Below the pieces are notes generated by a model. It was not told the DNA's origin, ran no database searches, and worked only from the letters and a program-made list of their open reading frames with translations. 64,000 bases of DNA. It comes from Saccharothrix saharensis (GTDB taxonomy: Bacteria; Actinomycetota; Actinomycetes; Mycobacteriales; Pseudonocardiaceae). The stretch covers positions 5,155,386 to 5,219,385 of the forward strand of contig NZ_VFPP01000001.1 of assembly GCF_006716745.1 (NCBI RefSeq), read 5' to 3'. Position 1 is the first letter of the stretch; each line of letters begins with the position of its first letter. Shown in pieces: positions 27,451 through 35,900 of this stretch. Position numbers and translations under genes: made by a program.

Positions 27451-28473
27451 TCAGCCCGCCAGCTCGTCGCGCTCCAGGTCCGCGCTCCACGACGGCTGCG
27501 GCGCCAGCGCCAGTGCCACCCGCAGGCCCGCGTCGCGCACCCCGGTGAACCGGCGCACCCTGGCCAAGCGGTTGAGCCACAACGACCGCGCGGCCAGCCG
27601 CTGCGTCACCCGCCGCCGCTTCGAGTCGTACGCCCGCAGCCCCTCCTCGACGTCGCCGGTCAGGCACTCGGCCAGCACCACGCCGTCGATGATCGCCTGG
27701 CACGCGCCCTGCCCGAGGTCCGGTGTCATGGCGTGCGCGGCGTCACCGAGCAGCGCCACCCGCCCCGACACGTACCGGCGCAACGGCGACAGGTGCAGCA
27801 GGTCGTGCCGCAGCACGTCGGTCGCGGCGGCGAGCACGCGCGGGATCGGGTCGTGCCAGTCGGCGAACACCGAGAGGTCCCGGCCCATCGCGTACCAGTT
27901 GGTGCGCCCGTCGGCCTGCGGTGTGAGGCCGAACTTGCCGCCGCGGCCCCAGGTCTCGCCGCCCGCGCCCACCTCGACGTCCACGGTGCCGCGCCACCCG
28001 ACCGCCCCGGACCGCAGGACCCGCGCGTCGAACAGCTCGCCGCGCACGGCGCTGTGGACGCCGTCCGCGCCGACCACGACGTCGTACCCGGCGCAGTCGG
28101 CCAGGGTCGCCGCCGCGCCGAACCGGACCACCCCGTCCGGCAACGCCTCCGCGAGCACGCCGAGCAGCGCGGGCCGCGTGAGCAGGTGCACGGAGCTCGC
28201 CGGGATGGTCCCGAGCACCGTCCCGTCCGGCTTGCGCACGGTCCCGTCGGTCTGCCGCCGCCCGGCCCGCCGCGCGGCGTCGCCGACCCCGAGCCGGTCC
28301 AGCGCGGCCAGGGCGTCGGGCCAGATCCCCAGCCCGGTGCCCGCGTCCGGCAACGCCGCCGAGCGCTCGAAGACGTCGACCTCCCACCCCCTGCGCCGCA
28401 AGCCGACGGCCGCGGCCAGGCCGCCGACCCCTCCACCCACCACCGCCGCACGTCGCGCTCCCACGCCGGCCAC
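27451..28473 (-). CDS. FAD-dependent monooxygenase (UbiH/salicylate hydroxylase-like)
   Basis: GGGVGGL Rossmann motif and GDAAHAMTPDLGQG FAD motif. 340 aa. Confidence 0.75.
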   Translation of the reverse strand: MAGVGARRAAVVGGGVGGLAAAVGLRRRGWEVDVFERSAALPDAGTGLGIWPDALAALDRLGVGDAARRAGRRQTDGTVRKPDGTVLGTIPASSVHLLTRPALLGVLAEALPDGVVRFGAAATLADCAGYDVVVGADGVHSAVRGELFDARVLRSGAVGWRGTVDVEVGAGGETWGRGGKFGLTPQADGRTNWYAMGRDLSVFADWHDPIPRVLAAATDVLRHDLLHLSPLRRYVSGRVALLGDAAHAMTPDLGQGACQAIIDGVVLAECLTGDVEEGLRAYDSKRRRVTQRLAARSLWLNRLARVRRFTGVRDAGLRVALALAPQPSWSADLERDELAG

Positions 28474-28476
28474 CGT

Positions 28477-28512
28477 ACTACAGCTGTAGTGTACCGCACT
28501 ACGGGTGTAGTA
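28477..28512. promoter_or_regulatory. two palindromic operator-like sites (ACTACAGCTGTAGT; ACTACGGGTGTAGT) in the monooxygenase/tetR divergent intergenic region
   Basis: Perfect 14-bp palindrome at 28477-28490 and a related imperfect site at 28499-28512, between divergent starts 28473 and 28522. Confidence 0.45.
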
Positions 28513-28521
28513 TCACGATCG

Positions 28522-29070
28522 ATGACCAGGCAGCAGCAGGTGCTCGACGCCGCGATCCGCGTCCTCGGCACCGGCGGCATGCGGCAGCTCACCCACCGCG
28601 CCGTCGACACCGAAGCCGGCCTGCCGCAGGGCTCGACGTCCAACCACTTCCGCACCCGGGATGCCCTGGTCGGTGCGGTCCTCGCCCGACTCCTGGAACG
28701 CGAGACCGCGGTGTGGCGGGGGGTGGCCGGCGACGTCACCACCCCCGAAGCCCTCGCGGACGCGGTCGGCGCGCTGGTCCGGCGGCTGGCCGAGCAGGAC
28801 CGCGTCCTCACGCTGGCCCGTCACGCGCTGCTGGTCGAAGTGGCCCAGCGCCCCGGACTGCGCGGCGCGGTCGACCGGGCGCACCGCGAGATCGCGCGCT
28901 GGGCCGTGCCCCTGGTCGCGGAGCTCGGCTCGGCCGACCCGCCCGCCGACCTGGCCCTGCTCCTCGCCGTGATCGACGGCTTGCTGACCAACCAGCTGGC
29001 CGACCCGAGCCCGCGCTTCGACCCCGCGGCGGCCGTCCGCACGGTGCTTCGGGGGATGCTCCCGGGCTGA
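28522..29070 (+). CDS. TetR-family transcriptional regulator
   Basis: N-terminal HTH LTHRAVDTEAGLPQGSTSNHFRTRDAL. 182 aa. Confidence 0.75.
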   Translation: MTRQQQVLDAAIRVLGTGGMRQLTHRAVDTEAGLPQGSTSNHFRTRDALVGAVLARLLERETAVWRGVAGDVTTPEALADAVGALVRRLAEQDRVLTLARHALLVEVAQRPGLRGAVDRAHREIARWAVPLVAELGSADPPADLALLLAVIDGLLTNQLADPSPRFDPAAAVRTVLRGMLPG

Positions 29071-29083
29071 GCGCTCGGCCATC

Positions 29084-30340
29084 ATGTGCGCCGACCCACG
29101 ACCCGGAGGAGCGGCGACGGTGACCGACCACGTGACGCAGGCGTACCTGGACGACGAGAGCCTGCACGGGGTGATGGCGGGGCTCGACCTGCCGCCCGCC
29201 CTGCGCGCCGCGTACGGCCACCGGCTGGTGAACCGGCCGTTCTTCCTGGACGAGTACACCGCGCACGACGTCGCGGCGGACGTCATGGACTTCTTCGAAC
29301 TCCTCTTCTCCTTACCGCGCAGGATGTTCGACGGCAGCTTCACGCGGTTCGCCGAAGCGCTGGGCATCCCGCCCGCCGAAGCCGCGATCATGGGTTCCGA
29401 GCGCCCGCCGACGCACGGTCGCGCGGACATCTACCGGGTCGGCGACGCGTTCCGGCTGCTGGAGATCAACGCGGGCTCGCAGCTCGGCGGCCCCGACCTC
29501 GGCGAGTTGGCCCGCGTCATCCAGCAGGACGCCGGCTTCGAGCCGTTCGTGCGGGAGCACGACCTGCGCCACGTCAACCCGGTCGAGAAGCTGCTGGACG
29601 CCGTTGGCCGCGACCGCACCATCGCGTTCCTCGAAGAGGGCGGGATGCTGACCAGGTTCGCCAAGGGGTTCGAGAGCTTCCGGGAGACCTGCGCGCGGTC
29701 GGGCGTGGACGTGCTGCTGGGCGAGCTGCACGAGCTGACCGAGCGCAACGGCCACCTCCACCTGCACGGCACGAAGCTCGACGTGGCGGTCCGGTACTTC
29801 AACGCCGCCCAGGCCGTCGGTTACGCCGAGCTGCTCGCCAAGGGCCACAAGACCGAGCTCTACACGCCGTTGTCGAGTTACTACTACGGCAGCAAGTCGA
29901 CCATCGCGCTGTTGTCCGAGCACCGCGAGGTGCTGACCGACGACGAGAAGGCGTTGGTGGACCGGCTGGTGCCGTGGACCCGGTACGTGCGCGACGTGCC
30001 GCGCGACCGGCTGCGCGCGGACCGGGAGAACCTGATCGTCAAGGCGGCGGGCGGGTTCGCGGGCGCGGGCGTGCACCCCGGTTGGCTGCTGACGGACCGG
30101 GAGTGGGCGCGGGTGCTGGACGACGTCGCGGGGCAGCCGTACGTCGTGCAGGAACGAGTGCGGCCCACGCCCGACGTCGTGCCCGGCGACGACCGGCCGT
30201 GGTTGACGACGTGGGGCTGGTTCGTGACCGACCAGGGCTTCGCGGGCATGAGCATCCGGTCCATGCCGTTCGCCGACGGCGCCGTGGTCAGCTACGCCGG
30301 CAACCCGGCGACGAAGGTCTCCGGCCTGCTCGTGCACTGA
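29084..30340 (+). CDS. hypothetical protein, possibly ATP-grasp/glutathionylspermidine-synthetase-like fold
   Basis: 418 aa, 14 bp downstream of tetR. No motif I can name with certainty. Confidence 0.3.
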   Translation: MCADPRPGGAATVTDHVTQAYLDDESLHGVMAGLDLPPALRAAYGHRLVNRPFFLDEYTAHDVAADVMDFFELLFSLPRRMFDGSFTRFAEALGIPPAEAAIMGSERPPTHGRADIYRVGDAFRLLEINAGSQLGGPDLGELARVIQQDAGFEPFVREHDLRHVNPVEKLLDAVGRDRTIAFLEEGGMLTRFAKGFESFRETCARSGVDVLLGELHELTERNGHLHLHGTKLDVAVRYFNAAQAVGYAELLAKGHKTELYTPLSSYYYGSKSTIALLSEHREVLTDDEKALVDRLVPWTRYVRDVPRDRLRADRENLIVKAAGGFAGAGVHPGWLLTDREWARVLDDVAGQPYVVQERVRPTPDVVPGDDRPWLTTWGWFVTDQGFAGMSIRSMPFADGAVVSYAGNPATKVSGLLVH

Positions 30341-30420
30341 CCGGCGCGGTCCGACCGCGTTGCGTCATTTCCCCCGGATCACCGCCGAAAACGGGTTAGG
30401 GTCCCGTGAAAGGGGGGTAC

Positions 30421-31002
30421 ATGGGGGAGTTCTTCGCGGCGTCGCTGGGATTCCCGGTCGCGGTGCTGAGCGTGCTGCTGGTCGTCGTGGTGGCTTACTG
30501 GCTGCTGGTGGCCTTCGGCGCGGCGGACGCGGACTGGGTCGAGCTGGACATCGGCGGCGTGCCCGCGACCCTGGGGCTCTCCCTGCTGATCGCCGTGTCG
30601 TGGTTCGCGTGCCTGGCGGGCGTCGAGCTGCTCGGTCCGACCTCGACGCCCGCGCGCCTGGGCGTGCTGGGCGGGTCGCTGGTCGTCGGCCTGGTGCTGA
30701 CCCGGTTCGCCATGACGCCGTTGAAGCGGCTGTTCCCGGAGGACCCGCCCGCGTCGCGCCTGGACTTCGTCGGCCGCCCGTGCGTCATCCGCACGGGTCG
30801 GGTGACGCGCACGTTCGGCCAGGCGGAGGTCACCGCCGCGGACGGCTCGTCGGCGGTCGTGCAGGTGCGGCAGCCGGGCGAGGACCCGCTGACGGCCGGC
30901 ACCACCGCGCTGATCTTCGACTACGACGTGGACGGCGAGTTCTTCTGGGTCGCGTCCCTCGACTTCGGACACGACCCGACTCTCACACGGGGGGACCACT
31001 GA
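30421..31002 (+). CDS. NfeD/YqiJ-like membrane protein (flotillin partner)
   Basis: Strong SD aaagggggg before ATG 30421. 3-4 TM helices then a soluble beta-rich C-terminus. Stop overlaps the flotillin start (TGATG). Confidence 0.6.
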   Translation: MGEFFAASLGFPVAVLSVLLVVVVAYWLLVAFGAADADWVELDIGGVPATLGLSLLIAVSWFACLAGVELLGPTSTPARLGVLGGSLVVGLVLTRFAMTPLKRLFPEDPPASRLDFVGRPCVIRTGRVTRTFGQAEVTAADGSSAVVQVRQPGEDPLTAGTTALIFDYDVDGEFFWVASLDFGHDPTLTRGDH

Positions 31003-32999
31003 TGGACGTCATCACCACCGGGTTCGGCATTCTCGTCGCCGTCGTCCTGGTCGTCGTCATCGGCCTGCTGATCCTGATCAGCCGCCTGTTCCGCAAGATC
31101 GACCAGGGCAAGGCGCTGATCATCTCCAAGGTGCGCAAGGTGGACGTGACGTTCACCGGCGCCGTGGTGCTGCCGGTGCTGCACCGCGCGGAGATCATGG
31201 ACATCTCGGTGAAGACGATCGAGATCCGCCGCGCCGGGCAGGAAGGCCTGATCTGCCAGGACAACATCCGGGCCGACATCCGGATCACGTTCTTCGTGCG
31301 GGTGAACAAGACCGTCGAGGACGTCATCAAGGTCGCCCAGGCGATCGGCACCGCCCGGGCGAGCGACGAGCAGACGTTGCAGGAGCTGTTCAACGCCAAG
31401 TTCTCCGAGGCGTTGAAGACGGTCGGCAAGCAGCTCGACTTCATCGACCTCTACACCAAGCGCGACGAGTTCCGCGACCGGATCATCCAGGTCATCGGCA
31501 CCGACCTCAACGGCTACAGCCTGGAGGACGCGGCGATCGACTACCTGGAGCAGACGCCGATGGCGCAGCTCAACCCGTCGAACATCCTCGACGCCCAGGG
31601 CATCCGCAAGATCACCGAGCTGACCGCGATCGAGCACGTGCGCACGAACGAGTTCACCCGGCACGAGGAGAAGGAGATCACGCGCCAGAACGTCGAGGCG
31701 CGCGAGGCGATCCTGGAGCTGGAGCGCCGCCAGGCGGACGCGGAGATCAAGCAGAAGCGCGAGGTCGAGACGATGCGCGCCCGCGAGGAGGCCGAGATCG
31801 CCAAGGTGCAGGCCGAGGAGCGCCTCAAGGCCAACACCGCGCACATCCGCACGGACGAGCAGCTGGGCATCCAGACCGAGAACAAGGCGCGGGAGATCGC
31901 GGTGGCGGAGAAGAACCGCGAGCGCGTGATCGCGATCGAGACCGAGCGCATCGAGAAGGACCGGATGCTGGAGGTCATCGGCCGGGAGCGGGAGACCGAG
32001 CTGACCCGGATCGCCGCGGACAAGGAGCTGGAGGCCGAGAAGCGGTCCATCGCCGAGGTGGTGCGCGAGCGCATCGCGGTGGAGAAGACCGTGGCCGAGC
32101 AGGAGGAGATCATCAAGCGGCTGCGCGCGGTCGAGGAGGCCGAGCGGGAGCGGCAGACCGTGGTGATCAAGGCCGAGGCGCAGGCGCAGGAAGGCCTGGT
32201 CAAGGACATCAAGGCGGCCGAGGCCGCCGAGCAGGCCGCGAAGTTCAAGGCGCGCGAGGAGCTGCTGCTGGCCGAGGCGCGGCAGCAGGCCGCGGAGCTC
32301 GACACCCGCGCGATGATCCGGCTGGCCGAGGGCAAGCAGGCCGAGGCGGCGGCGTCCGGTCTCGCCGACGTGCAGGTGCGCGAGCGGGACGCGGAGGCGA
32401 TCGAGAAGGTCGGTCGCGCCGAGGCCGTGGTGGAGAAGGAGAAGGCGCTGGTGGCCGCGCTCGCGATCCGCGAGAAGCTGAAGGGCGAGGCGGAGGGCCT
32501 GGCGGACAAGGCGGGCGCGATGGCCGCGCTGGACGAGGTGACCCGCGAGCACGAGGAGTACCGGCTGCGGCTGGAGGCGGACAAGGAGGTCCGGCTCGCC
32601 GGGATCGACGTGCAGCGGCAGGTGGCCGAGTCGCAGGCGCTGGTGCTGGCGGCGGGCCTGGAGAAGGCCGACATCGACATCGTCGGCGGCGACAGCATGT
32701 TCTTCGACCGGATCGTCGGCGCCATCACGATGGGCAAGCAGGTCGACGGGTTCGTGGAGCACTCCGACGTCGCGCAGACCCTCGCCGGGCCGTGGCTGAA
32801 CGGGACGGCGAGCTTCACCGACGACATCGGCAGGCTGCTCGGCTCGATCGGCACCGGTGACGTGAAGAACCTGACGGTGTCCGCGCTGCTGCTCAAGCTG
32901 ATCAACTCCGGCGGGCCGGACGAGGGCAAGCTGCGCGAGCTGCTGGCCGCCGCGCAGCGCCTGGGCGTGGCCGAGCGGCCGGTCGCCTCGCTGTCGTGA
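31002..32999 (+). CDS. flotillin-family SPFH (band-7) protein with extended E/A/R/K coiled coil (YqiK/FloT-like)
   Basis: N-terminal TM and an SPFH domain (ISKVRKVDVTFTGAVVLPVLHRAEIMDISVKTIEI...), then ~350 aa of EA-rich repeats and a C-terminal flotillin tail. The 879-aa ORF in the track is an upstream frame extension. Confidence 0.8.
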   Translation: MDVITTGFGILVAVVLVVVIGLLILISRLFRKIDQGKALIISKVRKVDVTFTGAVVLPVLHRAEIMDISVKTIEIRRAGQEGLICQDNIRADIRITFFVRVNKTVEDVIKVAQAIGTARASDEQTLQELFNAKFSEALKTVGKQLDFIDLYTKRDEFRDRIIQVIGTDLNGYSLEDAAIDYLEQTPMAQLNPSNILDAQGIRKITELTAIEHVRTNEFTRHEEKEITRQNVEAREAILELERRQADAEIKQKREVETMRAREEAEIAKVQAEERLKANTAHIRTDEQLGIQTENKAREIAVAEKNRERVIAIETERIEKDRMLEVIGRERETELTRIAADKELEAEKRSIAEVVRERIAVEKTVAEQEEIIKRLRAVEEAERERQTVVIKAEAQAQEGLVKDIKAAEAAEQAAKFKAREELLLAEARQQAAELDTRAMIRLAEGKQAEAAASGLADVQVRERDAEAIEKVGRAEAVVEKEKALVAALAIREKLKGEAEGLADKAGAMAALDEVTREHEEYRLRLEADKEVRLAGIDVQRQVAESQALVLAAGLEKADIDIVGGDSMFFDRIVGAITMGKQVDGFVEHSDVAQTLAGPWLNGTASFTDDIGRLLGSIGTGDVKNLTVSALLLKLINSGGPDEGKLRELLAAAQRLGVAERPVASLS

Positions 33000-35900
33000 C
33001 CGCGGCGGTGGAGCCTTCGGGCGCGGCGTTGGAGGCGGGCACCTACGAGGTGCTGCGGGCCCGGCTGGCCGAGCAGGCGGCCGGGCTCGCCCGCCGGGCG
33101 GAAGCGCTGAACGCGCGTCGGCTGGAGGCGTTCGGCAGCGCCGAGCTGACGTTGCTGGGCACCGAGCGCATCCGCACCGAGCACAACTGCGTGCCGCGGG
33201 ACTGCGTTTCCCTTTCCGTCGCCGAGGGGCGGGGATCCCCGGTGGCCGGGCTGATGCTGTTCGGCTACAACGTGTTCATCGGCCTGAAGCCGGAGACGAC
33301 GGTCGACGACGTGTTCTCGCTGCACCGGTTCGCCCGCGACGGTGACGCGTTCCGGTTCGAGGACGCGGCGGACGACGAGCTGCCCGGCCTGCTGCGCGAC
33401 CCGCGGTTCGAGCGGGACTTCGCCGAGCTGTACCGGTACTACCGCGACACGCGCCTGATCCAGCTGCGCCGGGTCGAGGGCCGGTTGCTGGCGGTGTTCC
33501 AGACCGGCGCGCGCATCGGGGACATCCGGGTGCTGCGCTGGCGGGTCGGCGTGGACGGCGCGGTGGAGTACCTGGACAACCGGGGCGAGCGCGACCACGT
33601 GTTCCCGCCGTCGCACGACTTCGAGTGGGTCGTGACCGGCCGCGAGCACCACGTGCTCGGCCGCCACCCGCACATCTCGATCGAGGACGAGGTGTTCGTC
33701 GAGACCATCGGCGGCGACCTCACCATCAAGGTGGAGGACAACACCGAGACCGGCGAGGGCGTGTACACCGAGCCGGTGGACGAGCCGCTGCAGTCGCTGG
33801 CCGACGGCGACGTGCAGTACGCGCGGGTCGGCTCGCTGATCCTGCTGCGCATCCGCCCGTACAACGAGACCGCGTGGCGGCACCTGGTGTTCAACACCCG
33901 CACCCGGTCCGTGGTGCGGCTCGACGGCATCGGCCAGGCGTGCCAGCGGCTGCCCGAGGACCAGGGGCTGATCTTCCCCGGCGGCTACTACCTGGCCACG
34001 GGCGTCAGCAAGACGTTCGACACCCCGGTGGACGAGCTGGAGTTCGAGCGGGTCATCCGCTCCACCAACGGCGAGGACGTGCTGTACGTCTTCCACGCCC
34101 GCCGCGACGGCCGGTCGCTGCTGCTGCCGTACAACGTGATCCGCAAGGAAGTGGCGAACCCGCTGTCGTGCCACGGGTACTCGCTGTTCGACGACGGCAC
34201 GCTGGTCGTGTTCCGCGCGATGAGCGACGAGCCGACCCGCGTGCACCCGATGCAGGTGTGGCAGACGCCGTACCTGTCCGACGCGTACGCCGCCGCGCAG
34301 CCCGCGGGCACGGGCCCGTTGGCCCGGGTCGGGAACGCCGACCTGGTGCGCGGCATCTCCGACTGCCTGTCGGTGACCCGAGTGGTCGGCGAGATGGCGC
34401 CGTCGGTGGCGGTGTTCGAGGACCTGATCGCCTCGTGCACCAGGGTGTTCGACGCCTACCACTGGCTGGGCGACCCGGAGCTGGAGGACCTGCGCGCGCC
34501 GTTGACGCAGGTGCGTGCGACGGCCGAGCAGGTGCTGGACGAGTTCGAGACCGTGCAGGCGCTGACCGACCAGGCGGCGGCCGCGGTGGTCGAGGCGGAC
34601 GAGCGGATCGCGTCGCTGGTGCGCCGGGTGCGCGGCGAGGTGCCGAGGACCGCGGACGCGTGGGTGCGGCAGTTGGCCGACCTGCGGCAGGCGCAGGGCC
34701 ACCTGGTGACGTTGCGGGAGATGCGGTACGCCGACGTGGCGCGCATCGACTCGCTGACGGCGTCGCTGCGCGAGGAGCTGGGCGGCACGGCGCAGCGCGC
34801 GGTCGAGCACCTGCGCCGCGACGACGCGTTCGCGGGCTACCACGAGCAGGTCGAGGCGCTGGTCGGCAAGGCGGATGCGATCGGCACGGTCGCCGAGGCC
34901 GAGCCGGTGGTGGCGGAGCTCGCCGAGCAGCAGCGCGGCCTGGAGGTGCTGACCGAGGTCGTCGGGTCGCTGGACATCGCCGACGCCACCGTGCGCACGT
35001 CGATCCTGGAGCGGATCGGCGAGGTGCTGGGCGGGCTGAACCGGGCGCGGGCCACGGTGGACGGTCGCAGGCGCGCCCTGGCGGCCACCGAGGGCCGGGC
35101 CGAGTTCGCCGCCGAGTTCGCGCTGCTGGGCCAGGCGATCACCGCCGCGTTGGCGGTCGCGGACACCCCGCAGCGGTGCGACGAGCAGTTGGGCCGGCTG
35201 CTGCTCCAGGTGGAGAACCTGGAGTCGCGGTTCGGCGAGTTCGACGACTTCCTGGCGCGGCTGGGCGGCAAGCGGACCGACGTGTACGAGGCGTTCTCGT
35301 CGCGCAAGCAGGCGTTGCTGGACGACCGGGCGCGGCGCGCGGACCGGCTCTCGTCGTCGGCCGACCGGATCCTGGCGAGCGTGACCAGGCGGGTGGCGTC
35401 GCTGGCGTCGGTGGACGAGGTCAACACCTACTTCGCGTCCGACCCGATGGTGGGCAAGCTCCGCTCGGTGGCCGACGAGCTGCGGTCGCTGGGCGACCAG
35501 GTGCGGGCCGAGGAGCTGGACGGGCGGGTGCTGGCCGCGCGGCAGGAGGCGGGCCGCGCGCTGCGCGACCGGCTGGACCTGTTCGACGGCGACACGATCC
35601 GGCTCGGCCGGCACCGGTTCGCGGTGAACACCCAGCCGGTGGACCTGACGCTGGTGCCGAAGGACGGCGCGCTGTCGTTCGCCATCACCGGCACGGACTT
35701 CCGCTCGCCGGTGCGCGACCCCGCGTTCGCCGACACCAAGCCGTTCTGGGACCAGCTGCTGGTGTCGGAGACGGCCGAGGTGTACCGGGCCGAGCACCTG
35801 GCCACCTCGATCCTGGCGACGCACCCGGTGGACGCGCTGCACGTCGCCGTCACCGAGGAGCGGCTGCCCGGGCTGGTGCGGCAGGTGGCCGAGTCCAGGC

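Noticed and set aside
30360-32999. 879-aa ORF starting at 30360
   Set aside because: Its first 214 codons are an unstopped upstream extension overlapping the NfeD-like gene in another frame. The flotillin start is the ATG at 31002, giving the typical N-terminal TM helix and a stop/start overlap with the NfeD-like gene.
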